From a virus (lineage: Duplodnaviria; Heunggongvirae; Uroviricota; Caudoviricetes): 64,000 nucleotides of DNA. The translations under genes were made by a program, and so were the position numbers. The stretch is taken from IMG/VR virus record IMGVR_UViG_3300027007_000013; one strand, written 5' to 3'. A model generated the notes under the pieces. It searched no databases, had not been told where the DNA came from, and saw nothing but the letters and a program-made list of their open reading frames with translations. Of the stretch, positions 48,829 to 58,585 are shown in pieces. How positions within the stretch are numbered: position 1 is the first letter of the stretch; every line of letters starts with the position of its first letter.

Positions 48829-49349
48829 CCATGACTGATGACTTTGTCCCTGTCCGCCGCGAGGTCGCCGAGCTTGCCGCCCAGGAGCTGTTCGAACAGG
48901 CGGAGTACACAGACGTCCCAGAACAATCGGACCGCCGTGAGCGGCTGCTGGAGGCCGCAGAATCGATCACAGTATCAGTCAATGGCGACCACGATGGGAA
49001 GCTCAGTCACCCGGACAGAGAGACGTGCGTCCGAGAGGAGGTGTTTCTCGAGGAAGACCCAACTGACGAGTACCTGGACGAGGCCGGGTGGAACGTCGTC
49101 TACAACTGTCCGATGTGTGGCCGGCGTTACGAATACTTCTACGGGTTCGAGGGCATCTACGACACGGAGACGAAGCGGTACATTACGTCAGAGTCGTTCG
49201 ACCCCTCGTGGGAGTGGGACGAAGAAGACGGGTACCACGATGGACAGTGTTTCTCAATCCCCGCCACCGACGACGCCCGGTACGAACGGGTGTACATCAT
49301 GGATGGGCTGTACGACCCACTCGATCACGAACAGATCTGGAGTGCCTGA
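48825..49349 (+). CDS. hypothetical protein with CPMCG
   Basis: 174 aa. Confidence 0.45.
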   Translation: MTMTDDFVPVRREVAELAAQELFEQAEYTDVPEQSDRRERLLEAAESITVSVNGDHDGKLSHPDRETCVREEVFLEEDPTDEYLDEAGWNVVYNCPMCGRRYEYFYGFEGIYDTETKRYITSESFDPSWEWDEEDGYHDGQCFSIPATDDARYERVYIMDGLYDPLDHEQIWSA

Positions 49350-50035
49350 TGGCGGTTACGACACAGGTCCCGACAACACTCGCCGACTGGTACCACCAGC
49401 ACGACTACGGCGCCGTGCAGGACCGGCTCGCCACTGTCCGAGACGTCACGCTCGACGGTGAGATCGAGCAGGCGGCCGAGAACATCCGGCGAGCTTACCA
49501 CTTCGCCGTCCTCTCGATTCGGACGGTCAAAGACATCCACGAGCATGCGTTCGACCTATGGATGGACGGCACTGCGCTTGAGGACGCAGTACGCATCGCC
49601 GGCGTCAACTTTTACCGGAACAAAGTCGGTTGGATTCGACAGACTGAGGAGTCGGTTCACTGGAAGGGGCTTGTTCGGAGTGTTCGAGAACACGTCGCCC
49701 GTGACGAGCTCGGCTCACTCATGGACCTGAACGAACGACTGTCCGGTGTCCACTACGCGAAGTGGGGCTTCACACTCGCACTGTCCGGTGTGTGGGAAGT
49801 GATCTGTATCGATAGCAACGTCAAGAATCACTACGGGATCGACGGGCGACTCGATCTTCGGTCGAACGATGGGATCGACACCTACCGTGAGATGATCGAC
49901 CGTGTGGTGCGCGACGTGCCCGGCGACGTCCCGCCGTTTGTCGCGCAGTGGGTGGTGTACGATTACCAGCGCGGTGAACACGCCACGCACGACCCGTACT
50001 TCGAATCGGCCTACCCGTTCGCGGAGGGTGTCTGA
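49349..50035 (+). CDS. hypothetical protein, possibly DNA-modification accessory
   Basis: 228 aa directly upstream of the two TGT-like genes. Confidence 0.4.
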   Translation: MAVTTQVPTTLADWYHQHDYGAVQDRLATVRDVTLDGEIEQAAENIRRAYHFAVLSIRTVKDIHEHAFDLWMDGTALEDAVRIAGVNFYRNKVGWIRQTEESVHWKGLVRSVREHVARDELGSLMDLNERLSGVHYAKWGFTLALSGVWEVICIDSNVKNHYGIDGRLDLRSNDGIDTYREMIDRVVRDVPGDVPPFVAQWVVYDYQRGEHATHDPYFESAYPFAEGV

Positions 50036-51036
50036 TGGACATCGACGAGATCTACGAGCAAGAGATTGACGCTCGCGAAGACATCGTCGAGGCGTGTCCC
50101 ATCGACATCTACGTCGCGTCGATCAACCCCTACTGGGCATACCCGAACAAGCTGATGTCGTACTACGAGACGCGGCCCGGCGTTCGTGATTCGTGTCGCC
50201 AGGTGATCGTCGACTCTGGGAAGACGCGTATCGGTAACATGAGCGAGATCATCCAGGCGGCTATCGACATGGATGCTGACCAGGTGATACCGCCGGACCC
50301 GACGCCATACACAGACGGGTACGACGAGCTCACGCCCCACGGCCACGCCGAGGAACAGGCACAGCACTACTGGGAGTGGTATCGAGAAGACGTCGACGGG
50401 ACGATTTTGCTCCCGATCCACCCGCCGTATCAGCGGTTTATTGAGGAGCTCGGTCGGTGGGACCCTGGGCACATACTCGGGTACGAGGACGACCCGTACT
50501 TCGACTACCCGAGTACGCCTGAAGCTGAAGAACGCTACCTCGCCGGTGTCGAGCACTACTCGCTCACGTACGACCTGATCGGTGCCGCCGATGGCGTTGC
50601 GGTCGGGAGCCTCCTGGGCCTCGACGTCTTCGAGCAGATCACGGCACTCAAGCAAGTACGAGAGGCGGTCGGGCCGTACAAACACGTCCACGCACTTTCG
50701 CCGACCCCTCGGCCCGAGATGCTGCTGTTTCTCCGGCGAAACCCTGGGATTATCGACTCACTCGACCTGTCGACGCCCGAGACGGCGCCGGCTGGGAACA
50801 AGCTTCCCGACCTGCGGTTCTATCCGCAGATGAAGTACCTGTTCCCACCAGCCCATGCGAACATCAGCCCCGTCAGAGGTGCAGCGTCGACGATGATCGC
50901 GCTCATGCTCAACTTCTGGCTGAGTGAGTGGGTCAAAGAGGAGGAGTTGATGGAGATGCTCGAGGAGCACTACGACTGGGTCGAGCGTGAGCAGACCGCC
51001 CAGACCGGCCTGGAGGCGTTCGGACATGGCGACTAA
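50035..51036 (+). CDS. TGT-fold protein (DpdA-like paralogue)
   Basis: QVIVDSGK and GIIDSLD segments echo the two Asp-containing TGT motifs; weaker match than the next gene. Confidence 0.4.
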   Translation: MDIDEIYEQEIDAREDIVEACPIDIYVASINPYWAYPNKLMSYYETRPGVRDSCRQVIVDSGKTRIGNMSEIIQAAIDMDADQVIPPDPTPYTDGYDELTPHGHAEEQAQHYWEWYREDVDGTILLPIHPPYQRFIEELGRWDPGHILGYEDDPYFDYPSTPEAEERYLAGVEHYSLTYDLIGAADGVAVGSLLGLDVFEQITALKQVREAVGPYKHVHALSPTPRPEMLLFLRRNPGIIDSLDLSTPETAPAGNKLPDLRFYPQMKYLFPPAHANISPVRGAASTMIALMLNFWLSEWVKEEELMEMLEEHYDWVEREQTAQTGLEAFGHGD

Positions 51037-52255
51037 CCTCGTCGACGACGGTCATCGTCCCACGCCGGAACGAGACACGTTCCGTCACGTCTGGGCGAGA
51101 GAACGCGGGCCCTGGGTCGTCCTTGAGCGCATCAAAGGGACGCGAATGGAGAGCGGTGAGATCGTCGCTGAGTGCGATGACTACCTGGAGGCACTCGCGT
51201 TCGCTGTCGATTCCGAGACAGAGGACTGGGTTATCACGGAGATCGCTGGTCAGTGCTGCAACTGTGGACAGCTGGTTGTCGTCGACGAGCTCGCTGAGGA
51301 GCCGACGTGTCCACACTGCAACGACGTCCTCTGGCTGGCCGCCGAGCAGCGACGGTTGGCCGAGTTTGCCCGCGACCGGCTGGCGTTCGATATGTACTGG
51401 GGTGTTGCCTCTGGCGCACAGCGGAAAGCGATCCGTGTCCTTGCGCACGGATTCGACCATCGCGAGCCAGACAATCTCAACATCATGCTGAACTACGCGA
51501 CGCAGAATAATCAGCTCCTGACCGAGAAGGGACTGGAGCTCATGACGAACGTCGAGACCCTGTTTATCGACTCTGGCGGCTACTCGTTCTTCGAGCGAGA
51601 GGGTGGATACGACACTTCAGACTGCGAGTACCTGCGATACATCGCCCGCGTGCAACCTGATTACTTCGCACTCAGGGATTACCCGTGTGAGCCTGACATC
51701 CTGGATGCACGCGACACGACCGTCCAATACCACCAGCAACGGACGACAGAGAAAGCCCAGATCCTGCTCGATATGCTTGATGACTTTGCGATCACGGCCA
51801 CACCAGTTGCGGTCGTGCAGGGGTGGTCGCCCGATGATTATCGGTCACACCTCCGGCAACTCTATCGCGCTGGTGTCCTCGACGAGGTGGAGCACATCGG
51901 CATTGGGACCCTCTGTGGTCGCGAAGACGTTGCCCAGATCGCGACCATCGTCGAGGCCGTCAGAAAGAGTGTTGGACCGGACTTCAAAATACACGGGTTC
52001 GGTGTCAAGCGAGAGGCGTTAGAACGCCCGGACGTCGTCGAGTCACTCGACTCGGCCGACACACTCGCGTACAGCATGAAGCCGATGTACGATTCAATCG
52101 CTACTGGTGGTATGGTCGCGAACACGTGGAAACACGAAGCGCGAGGGTTCCTGGATTACTATGCCACGATCCACGAGTCGCTCAGACGAATCGAGCACGG
52201 GGAAGCCGACGAAGATATAGTCGCCCAACAGACGCTTGCATCATATGGTGACTGA
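51026..52255 (+). CDS. tRNA-guanine-transglycosylase-family protein, DpdA-like DNA-guanine transglycosylase
   Basis: LFIDSGGYSF matches the TGT substrate-Asp motif (bacterial FTDSGGFQ); VVESLDSAD matches the region of the second Asp; N-terminal CxxC...CxxC. Confidence 0.6.
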   Translation: MATNLVDDGHRPTPERDTFRHVWARERGPWVVLERIKGTRMESGEIVAECDDYLEALAFAVDSETEDWVITEIAGQCCNCGQLVVVDELAEEPTCPHCNDVLWLAAEQRRLAEFARDRLAFDMYWGVASGAQRKAIRVLAHGFDHREPDNLNIMLNYATQNNQLLTEKGLELMTNVETLFIDSGGYSFFEREGGYDTSDCEYLRYIARVQPDYFALRDYPCEPDILDARDTTVQYHQQRTTEKAQILLDMLDDFAITATPVAVVQGWSPDDYRSHLRQLYRAGVLDEVEHIGIGTLCGREDVAQIATIVEAVRKSVGPDFKIHGFGVKREALERPDVVESLDSADTLAYSMKPMYDSIATGGMVANTWKHEARGFLDYYATIHESLRRIEHGEADEDIVAQQTLASYGD

Positions 52256-52386
52256 AAGAAAGAGTTCTATTGGCACACAGTCTTGCGATTAGAACAGGTA
52301 AGAAAACAGAAACATATTTTACCTCCTACTGCATACATAGATTACCCACCGGGCACAGGGCCTGGTGGCGTGGAACGGAGTTACTG

Positions 52387-53439
52387 ATGGAAGACGGACC
52401 AGATACGCATGACGTCCCCGGGCACGACCGGGCGACAGGCATCGACGACCCCGTACCGGACCGCGAGTATGGGGACCAGGACCACCGGCCTGAGGACGAG
52501 GTCGATCCCGCCGAAGACGACCGCTACACGATGGAGGACGAGTACGCGGTGGATGAGGTCGGCGGATATGGTTCCAGCAAACACTACGGCACGTACTGTG
52601 CGTTCGACTTCGCACAGGCGGCGGAACAGGCTCAGGATGAGCACCCCGCTCTCGACCTGGGCCTCGTCCATGTGACTCACCTGGAAACGGGAGAGACGCA
52701 GCATGTAGAGCTCGAGCCCACGGGACAGGACCCAGACGGAACGGTCGACGTGGCCACGGACACGGTTGAGCTCGAAGGCGAGATCGGAACGCTCGAGCCC
52801 GACGTTGACGAGGAGGAGATGGAGAGAGTCAACGACTCACTCGAGGACTGGATAACGACACTGGAGCTGAACGCGTTCCTCGAGACCTACGACTACCTGT
52901 GGGCCGAGTATCCGGTCGACGATGGGGAGGACGTTGTCTACGTCGTTCCGGATGCAGAACGGTCGTTCACGAACAAGGAGGAGCTCGCATACTTCATCCA
53001 CCAGCTCGAACAGTACCCGAAGCAGGTGAGCGTCAGGGCACAGGTGCAGTGTCGCTTTGACCTGATGCTGGCGTCGCCGGATAGCGACCCGGAAACAGCC
53101 GCGAATGATCAGGTCGCATCGGCAATCGAATCAGTGGGCGTCACAGTTGACGGCGTGAACGTGATCGACGTCGAAGATGTCCCCAAGTATCCTGAGAGTG
53201 AGCAGGCCGACGTGGAAGACCCGATCCCAGACATCGGCGACACTATTCGATTCATCCTCCCCGGAGATGGTGTCGAACGCGATGGTGTTGTCAAAACGGT
53301 TCGCGGGTTCGACGGCGATATCGAGATCGAGGTGGAAACCGCGGACAAGAACAATCAGACGTACGTCTCTCCAGAGCACATCACGAGTGTCCAGCCAGCT
53401 GATGATGCTGACACGCCCGATCACGAGGTGTTCAACTGA
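52387..53439 (+). CDS. hypothetical highly acidic protein, C-terminal PDHEVFN
   Basis: 351 aa. Confidence 0.5.
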   Translation: MEDGPDTHDVPGHDRATGIDDPVPDREYGDQDHRPEDEVDPAEDDRYTMEDEYAVDEVGGYGSSKHYGTYCAFDFAQAAEQAQDEHPALDLGLVHVTHLETGETQHVELEPTGQDPDGTVDVATDTVELEGEIGTLEPDVDEEEMERVNDSLEDWITTLELNAFLETYDYLWAEYPVDDGEDVVYVVPDAERSFTNKEELAYFIHQLEQYPKQVSVRAQVQCRFDLMLASPDSDPETAANDQVASAIESVGVTVDGVNVIDVEDVPKYPESEQADVEDPIPDIGDTIRFILPGDGVERDGVVKTVRGFDGDIEIEVETADKNNQTYVSPEHITSVQPADDADTPDHEVFN

Positions 53440-53810
53440 TGTTCAACCCAGTTTCATGGGTTCGACGGTTGGTGTCGGGGTCTCCAGACCCTGACCCCTC
53501 CCCTGTGGAGGCCGACATCGAGCCTCCGGAGACTGTGGCGCGCGATGTAGCACTCTACCCGGACATCGACGACATGATCGAGTTCGCTGAACGCCGCGGT
53601 CGGGTGCTCCGATACGATGATGCAGAGACGGTGGTTGTCAAGCTCGACGAGACACAGTCGATGACGCCGGTTGCTGTCGAACAGATCGACTGCATCGTTG
53701 CTGGTGGTAGTCCGCACCTCCCCGACCATGATGTGTTCGGGACGGAGACGCCTGACCACCCAGTGTTCGAAGCCGACGAGGACCTTCCGGACCACGAGGT
53801 GTTCGCCTGA
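53439..53810 (+). CDS. hypothetical acidic protein with three C-terminal PDH(E/D/P)VF repeats
   Basis: LPDHDVFGTETPDHPVFEADEDLPDHEVFA. Confidence 0.45.
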   Translation: MFNPVSWVRRLVSGSPDPDPSPVEADIEPPETVARDVALYPDIDDMIEFAERRGRVLRYDDAETVVVKLDETQSMTPVAVEQIDCIVAGGSPHLPDHDVFGTETPDHPVFEADEDLPDHEVFA

Positions 53811-53992
53811 TGGCCGACAGAGGGCCGTGGGCGATCGTAGAACTGTCTGTCGGGGATCGAGCTGACCAGTTCTACAACGATGAGGGGGAGTTGCTGACGG
53901 TATCTCTCCCTGTCTACGGTGTGTTCGACGACGAGGAACTGGCGGAGGACAATGTCGAGGAGAACCAGACGGTGATCGAGGTGTTCCCGTGA
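53810..53992 (+). CDS. hypothetical protein
   Basis: 60 aa. Confidence 0.4.
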   Translation: MADRGPWAIVELSVGDRADQFYNDEGELLTVSLPVYGVFDDEELAEDNVEENQTVIEVFP

Positions 53993-54306
53993 TCCTCGAT
54001 GACAGGTTCCTGGAGGGGCTGTACTACGACGCCCAATACGGCGACATCGTTCGTCTCGACAGGGACGAGAAAGCAGGCGTTGTTATCATCCTCAGTCCGG
54101 ACAGAGAGGAGCTCGACCGTGTCGACCCAGTCGACTTCGACGAGGGAGACATGTACCCAGTCCCGGAACTGGCTGTCGACGACCCAGCGACGTTCATGGC
54201 CAACGTCTACGAAGACGCGCTCGAGGTCGACGCACTCGATGTTCGAGAGTGGGCCGGGTACATGTACGCCAGCGATCGCACAACACTCGTCGAGGTTGAG
54301 CCATGA
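53989..54306 (+). CDS. hypothetical protein
   Basis: 105 aa. Confidence 0.45.
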   Translation: MILDDRFLEGLYYDAQYGDIVRLDRDEKAGVVIILSPDREELDRVDPVDFDEGDMYPVPELAVDDPATFMANVYEDALEVDALDVREWAGYMYASDRTTLVEVEP

Positions 54307-54566
54307 CGGTCGTCGATGTCGTCATCTCGTTCGCAACCTCGGCGAAAGTCGAGATAGGCGATTACGACAGGGAGACCGCCTTCGGCGATGACTTCCCATG
54401 GAAGGAGTTCGACGAGGCACTGGTCGAGTATCTCGACTCACTCTCCGAGGACGAGCTTCGTGAGCTCTATCGAGAGCCAGAGGCGATCGCCATGGACGAT
54501 CCGATCTTCGGCGGCTTCGGTGACGCAGCGGCGGACGTCGAGATGGAGGTGAACGATGGCGCCTGA
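54303..54566 (+). CDS. hypothetical protein
   Basis: 87 aa. Confidence 0.45.
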   Translation: MTVVDVVISFATSAKVEIGDYDRETAFGDDFPWKEFDEALVEYLDSLSEDELRELYREPEAIAMDDPIFGGFGDAAADVEMEVNDGA

Positions 54567-54701
54567 ACGGTACGCCTCGTACATCGAGTTCGAGGATGAT
54601 GTCGACCAGGCGTTCAAGGACCTGGTACAGGAGACGCTGGAGCAGTCAGCGTTTATCGAGACGCACTGGGTCGGTGAGCATCTCGCAGTTGAGGAGGTTG
54701 A

Positions 54702-55022
54702 GTGATGTCGGGTGTCGAGTTCAGTGGAGAGACCGCTCGCATCGACGACACGGCTGACCACGACGAGACGGTCGATCACGTTCCAGACAACATGGCCGCT
54801 CACTTCGCGGGTGCCTATGAAAAGGGCGCGCTCGCGAGGCGACGCGGCGAAGACCAGTCAGCGAACCCGTACATCGCACGGTACAACCCAGACTCGGCGA
54901 TGGGGGGTGAGTGGGGTCATGTCTGGTCGAACGCCTGGCGACTCGGCTGGGAGAACGAACGCCGTGAACAAGAGGGAGAATCGATCCTGAGCTACCGGAA
55001 AGCCTGGAAGATGGGGCGATAA
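54702..55022 (+). CDS. hypothetical protein
   Basis: 106 aa. Confidence 0.45.
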   Translation: MMSGVEFSGETARIDDTADHDETVDHVPDNMAAHFAGAYEKGALARRRGEDQSANPYIARYNPDSAMGGEWGHVWSNAWRLGWENERREQEGESILSYRKAWKMGR

Positions 55023-55222
55023 TGGCGACCGCTGACGAGACGACACAGGAGACCCTCTCACCCATACCACCAGCAGCCCGGTGTGTGAACTACGCCGACT
55101 GTGGCAACGAGACGCCTGGTGGCGAGGATGCTGGGAACATGATGTGCGATGCGTGTCTCGACGCTGCACGTGCTGGTGGGACAGGACACGACCTGGCGAC
55201 GCCCGACGAAGACGACGCATAG
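55022..55222 (+). CDS. small Cys-rich protein
   Basis: CVNYADCG...CDAC. Confidence 0.4.
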   Translation: MATADETTQETLSPIPPAARCVNYADCGNETPGGEDAGNMMCDACLDAARAGGTGHDLATPDEDDA

Positions 55223-55320
55223 TACGTAGACTATCTGAATCGAATCGAATTGAAGGAATCAACCATGCCATAACTGAACGGCAAACTGAACCGAAGTGAC
55301 GTAGCAAGAGACTGAGATAG

Positions 55321-55758
55321 ATGGCACAACACACACGGCCATACCCGTACGCAGAATCGCTCAAGAACACCCAGCTGATGGCGTTGTACGACCGAGGACC
55401 GTTGTTCTCGGATGAGCTCCCCAACGGAGCCCGTTTTACACCGCGCTCTCGCCCGTATGTCGGGTCGGTACAACCGACGTGGGGGAGTGGCAAGTCAGTC
55501 TGGTATCTCTGGGGAGACGAACGGCAAGCGATCCGCCGATTCGTTAAGACGTACGAGGATGAAGTACGGGACGCTATGGTTAGCAAGAACAGCGCACTCT
55601 GTGCTCGACTGGACGACGCTCTCTGGCGGATGCTTTGCGAGGAGTTCTACTGGGGCGTTGCCACAGACGAGGAACAGAAAGAAATTGGTGCACGACAGCG
55701 GCGGGTCCGATCGCAAGCCACACAGAACGAGATCGACGCGGAGGCACAGGATGTCTGA
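55321..55758 (+). CDS. hypothetical protein
   Basis: 145 aa. Confidence 0.45.
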   Translation: MAQHTRPYPYAESLKNTQLMALYDRGPLFSDELPNGARFTPRSRPYVGSVQPTWGSGKSVWYLWGDERQAIRRFVKTYEDEVRDAMVSKNSALCARLDDALWRMLCEEFYWGVATDEEQKEIGARQRRVRSQATQNEIDAEAQDV

Positions 55759-56194
55759 AGACGACGGCTCTACTGACGCCGATACTGACGTCGACGAAAT
55801 GGGGCTGGACCCTGACAACGAAATCGTGTACTTCGAGCGACGACAGGAGGACGAAAGCGAGTTCCCTGATACGTATCGCGACGCGCAGATACGAGAACTC
55901 GCAAACTCTCGGGAGACGCTGGCGATCGAGTTGACGCTTCGCCAACTTCAGGGGTGGGCGGATACACTCGGAGCGAAACTCTCCGAACAGCGGCGTCGGG
56001 TTGGAGAAGATCTCGCGGCCGTCGACGAGGTGTACATCCTCTACCGGACGAGAGATGGAATCAAAGTCGACGCGAAGGGTGTCGCGTTCACACTCAGAGC
56101 GGCGAAAGAGGCACAAATGGAGCTGAGATCTGATCTCGACGAACCGTGGTGTGAGGAAATAGAGCTCGAAACACTCCCGTTTTTCACGGGCTAA
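55755..56194 (+). CDS. hypothetical acidic protein
   Basis: internal ATG of ORF 55412..56194. Confidence 0.45.
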
Positions 56195-56352
56195 CTACGC
56201 GCCCTCACACGCACTCTAACGGAATCCGATGCCCGGCCCATACTGGTCCTTACTATACGGATACAACAGATACAACGCCTATACAGCACCTTCTGAGCGA
56301 TCATTATGTTTAGATAATAGGGTTTTTATCCCATACCGCCATACTAACGGAG

Positions 56353-57009
56353 ATGACACTGGTGGCCGAGTTCAGTGTGACGACGCCGATTCTGGAAGAT
56401 ACTCGCTTGTCGTTCCCACATATATCACTCGAGATGGTGAGTCTCTATCTCACAGAGGACGGTCAGGTAAAGTTAGTGCTATGGGTTGAAGGAGATGGTG
56501 AGGAGGAGTTTTTTATGGAAATGCAGCACGATATGACAGTGGATGACGTGGAGGTGTTGGCACACCTCGATGATGACTCCCGAATCCTGTGCTCGGTGGT
56601 ACTGACTGAAGAAGCGTCAAAGATGACGTCATACTCACAGGTAGTCGAATCGGATGTCGTTTGGATCAGTGTGGTCATGCAGGGAGACAGGGGCCGATGG
56701 TTGGTTCGGATACACGACAGAGACCGTCTGAGCCGATTCGTTCGAGGGATACGAGACGAGAATAATGAATCGATTCAACTGGTGAGTCTGTACGACGATG
56801 CCGAGATGAAACGTGGTGAGCGAGGACGGGTAGAGGTTTCTGTGCCCCAGTTAGATGCGCTGTCTACCGCGTACGAGATGGGGTACTTCGACAATCCACG
56901 ACGAGCATCACTCGATCAGGTGGGTGATCAGCTGGGGATCTCGTCTGGAGCTGTGAGTGGACGGATCAGACGGGCTGTGAGAACATTGGTTCGAGAGACC
57001 GTAGAGTAG
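56353..57009 (+). CDS. Bat-like HTH_10-family transcriptional regulator
   Basis: C-terminal LDALSTAYEMGYFDNPRRASLDQVGDQLGISSGAVSGRIRRA is the haloarchaeal HTH_10 signature. Confidence 0.65.
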   Translation: MTLVAEFSVTTPILEDTRLSFPHISLEMVSLYLTEDGQVKLVLWVEGDGEEEFFMEMQHDMTVDDVEVLAHLDDDSRILCSVVLTEEASKMTSYSQVVESDVVWISVVMQGDRGRWLVRIHDRDRLSRFVRGIRDENNESIQLVSLYDDAEMKRGERGRVEVSVPQLDALSTAYEMGYFDNPRRASLDQVGDQLGISSGAVSGRIRRAVRTLVRETVE

Positions 57010-57099
57010 ATTGTGGGCGTGAGTAACAGATGGTTATACATAAAGTATTGATAGCGACACGGTACGTGTTATAGCCATATGCGGCGATTGATCGGTAGA

Positions 57100-57260
57100 G
57101 AGGAGTCTGGCCAAAACCACCGCCTAAACAGGTAGTATTTTATTTTTATGTAATGGTTTAATGTCCAACTCTAAATAGCTATTTCAGGCTCTCTAAGAAC
57201 TGTTTATAGTAATTCTGTCTATTTAAGAAGACTGATACAACGTAACACTTATCTCCTAAT
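57100..57260. other. AT-rich region (about 30% GC in a ~60% GC genome), candidate DNA-unwinding element / replication origin
   Basis: GTAGTATTTTATTTTTATGTAATGGTTTAATG...CTATTTAAGAAG. Confidence 0.4.
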
Positions 57261-57334
57261 CGCGACAAGGTACGAGTACCCCTCGGCGAAGGGGGTCGTC
57301 CCACGACGGGACGCGGCTACCCACACCTCCCCAG

Positions 57335-57712
57335 ATGTCGACAGCCACACGAAACCAATCGGTAGAGATTGGTACAGAAACGACGACGCTCGTCCGGGTC
57401 GCTATAGAAGATGGCGACCATGGATACGTTATCGTCCAGTTCGAAACGGACTACGAGCCCGCAACGCACTCAGAAGTACAGGAGCGAGTGCGGGCAATGT
57501 GGAACAATCTCCCCGTCCGCGAGTATCGGACACTTGCCGGCCGAGTAGTTACACAGTGGCCCGGTGCTGTCGCTGGTGTCTGTGGTGGAGTTCTTCAACA
57601 CGATCCGTCCCAAGAGACATGGCATTGCGAACATTGCGATGTCCGACTTCCCCCAGGAGTCTGGGCGGCTCATGTTGAAGGCTGCTTTCGCTCACAGTGG
57701 AGAGATCAATGA
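57335..57712 (+). CDS. Cys/His-rich protein
   Basis: WHCEHCD...EGCF. Confidence 0.45.
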   Translation: MSTATRNQSVEIGTETTTLVRVAIEDGDHGYVIVQFETDYEPATHSEVQERVRAMWNNLPVREYRTLAGRVVTQWPGAVAGVCGGVLQHDPSQETWHCEHCDVRLPPGVWAAHVEGCFRSQWRDQ

Positions 57713-58152
57713 CGACAGAACCAACTGACGTACTGGAAGAACAGAAAGCAACATTCGAAGCGAAGAATGAGGACTACTCGGACACGTGGATCGTGTCGGG
57801 TATCGCCCTCTCCTCGCTTCACGACGAGCCCGTGGTGCTCGATTCAGACATCGACCACATCGTGAACGGAAACGTTCACCGTCTCCTCGACAAGGTGCTG
57901 CGCGGCTACAGCGCAACGATCATCAACGACGACGTCAACTTCGAAGCGGCGGTTGACTCGTTCAGAGATGCAGCAACCTACGCGGCGATGCTCGCGTCGG
58001 TGCTCGAGGGAGAACCAACGGAACGGCTTCACACGGCGTACGATAACGCCCTCGCAGGCGGTATCGACGAAGGCGATCTCGATGTGCTGATCAACGCCCA
58101 CGAGAGTAGTACACCGACCAGCATCGGCTACAGCCCGGAGGACCCGCGATGA
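57697..58152 (+). CDS. hypothetical protein (possible all-alpha NTP-pyrophosphohydrolase-like)
   Basis: 151 aa. Confidence 0.4.
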   Translation: MERSMTTEPTDVLEEQKATFEAKNEDYSDTWIVSGIALSSLHDEPVVLDSDIDHIVNGNVHRLLDKVLRGYSATIINDDVNFEAAVDSFRDAATYAAMLASVLEGEPTERLHTAYDNALAGGIDEGDLDVLINAHESSTPTSIGYSPEDPR

Positions 58153-58490
58153 GCTGGGACACCGAGTTCGACGACCGCTACCAGGAGATGGCCTGGGTCG
58201 TCGCAGATGGCTGGGAGATGCGTCCGGAGTACAGTAGCGACCGAGACTACGTCGCGCAACTCGAAGCTGTCCGCGAGGAAGTGCTCGAGCTCTCGCACGC
58301 GATCCGTGGCGAGGGACGTGACGACCCGTCGATTGTCGGTGAGGAACTCGCCGACTGTCTGATCACGCTCCACCTGCTGGCTGTGCAGTTAGATGTCAAC
58401 CCCTGGCCATACTACCACGCCAAGCAAGAGTACAACATGAACAAGACGGGCACACGGACGGAGTCGGGCAAAGTCATAGACGACGCGTAA
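58149..58490 (+). CDS. MazG-like nucleoside triphosphate pyrophosphohydrolase
   Basis: EVLELSHAIRGE...VGEELADCLITLHLLA resembles the EExxE / EELxD MazG metal-binding motifs. Confidence 0.55.
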   Translation: MSWDTEFDDRYQEMAWVVADGWEMRPEYSSDRDYVAQLEAVREEVLELSHAIRGEGRDDPSIVGEELADCLITLHLLAVQLDVNPWPYYHAKQEYNMNKTGTRTESGKVIDDA

Positions 58491-58585
58491 ACCGCCATAC
58501 GGCGGCAACGTACACACTTATTATCCCCCAGCGACTACAAGATAAGCACCCACTCCTGGAGCGGAGTGTATCAGAATAGAGTAAT

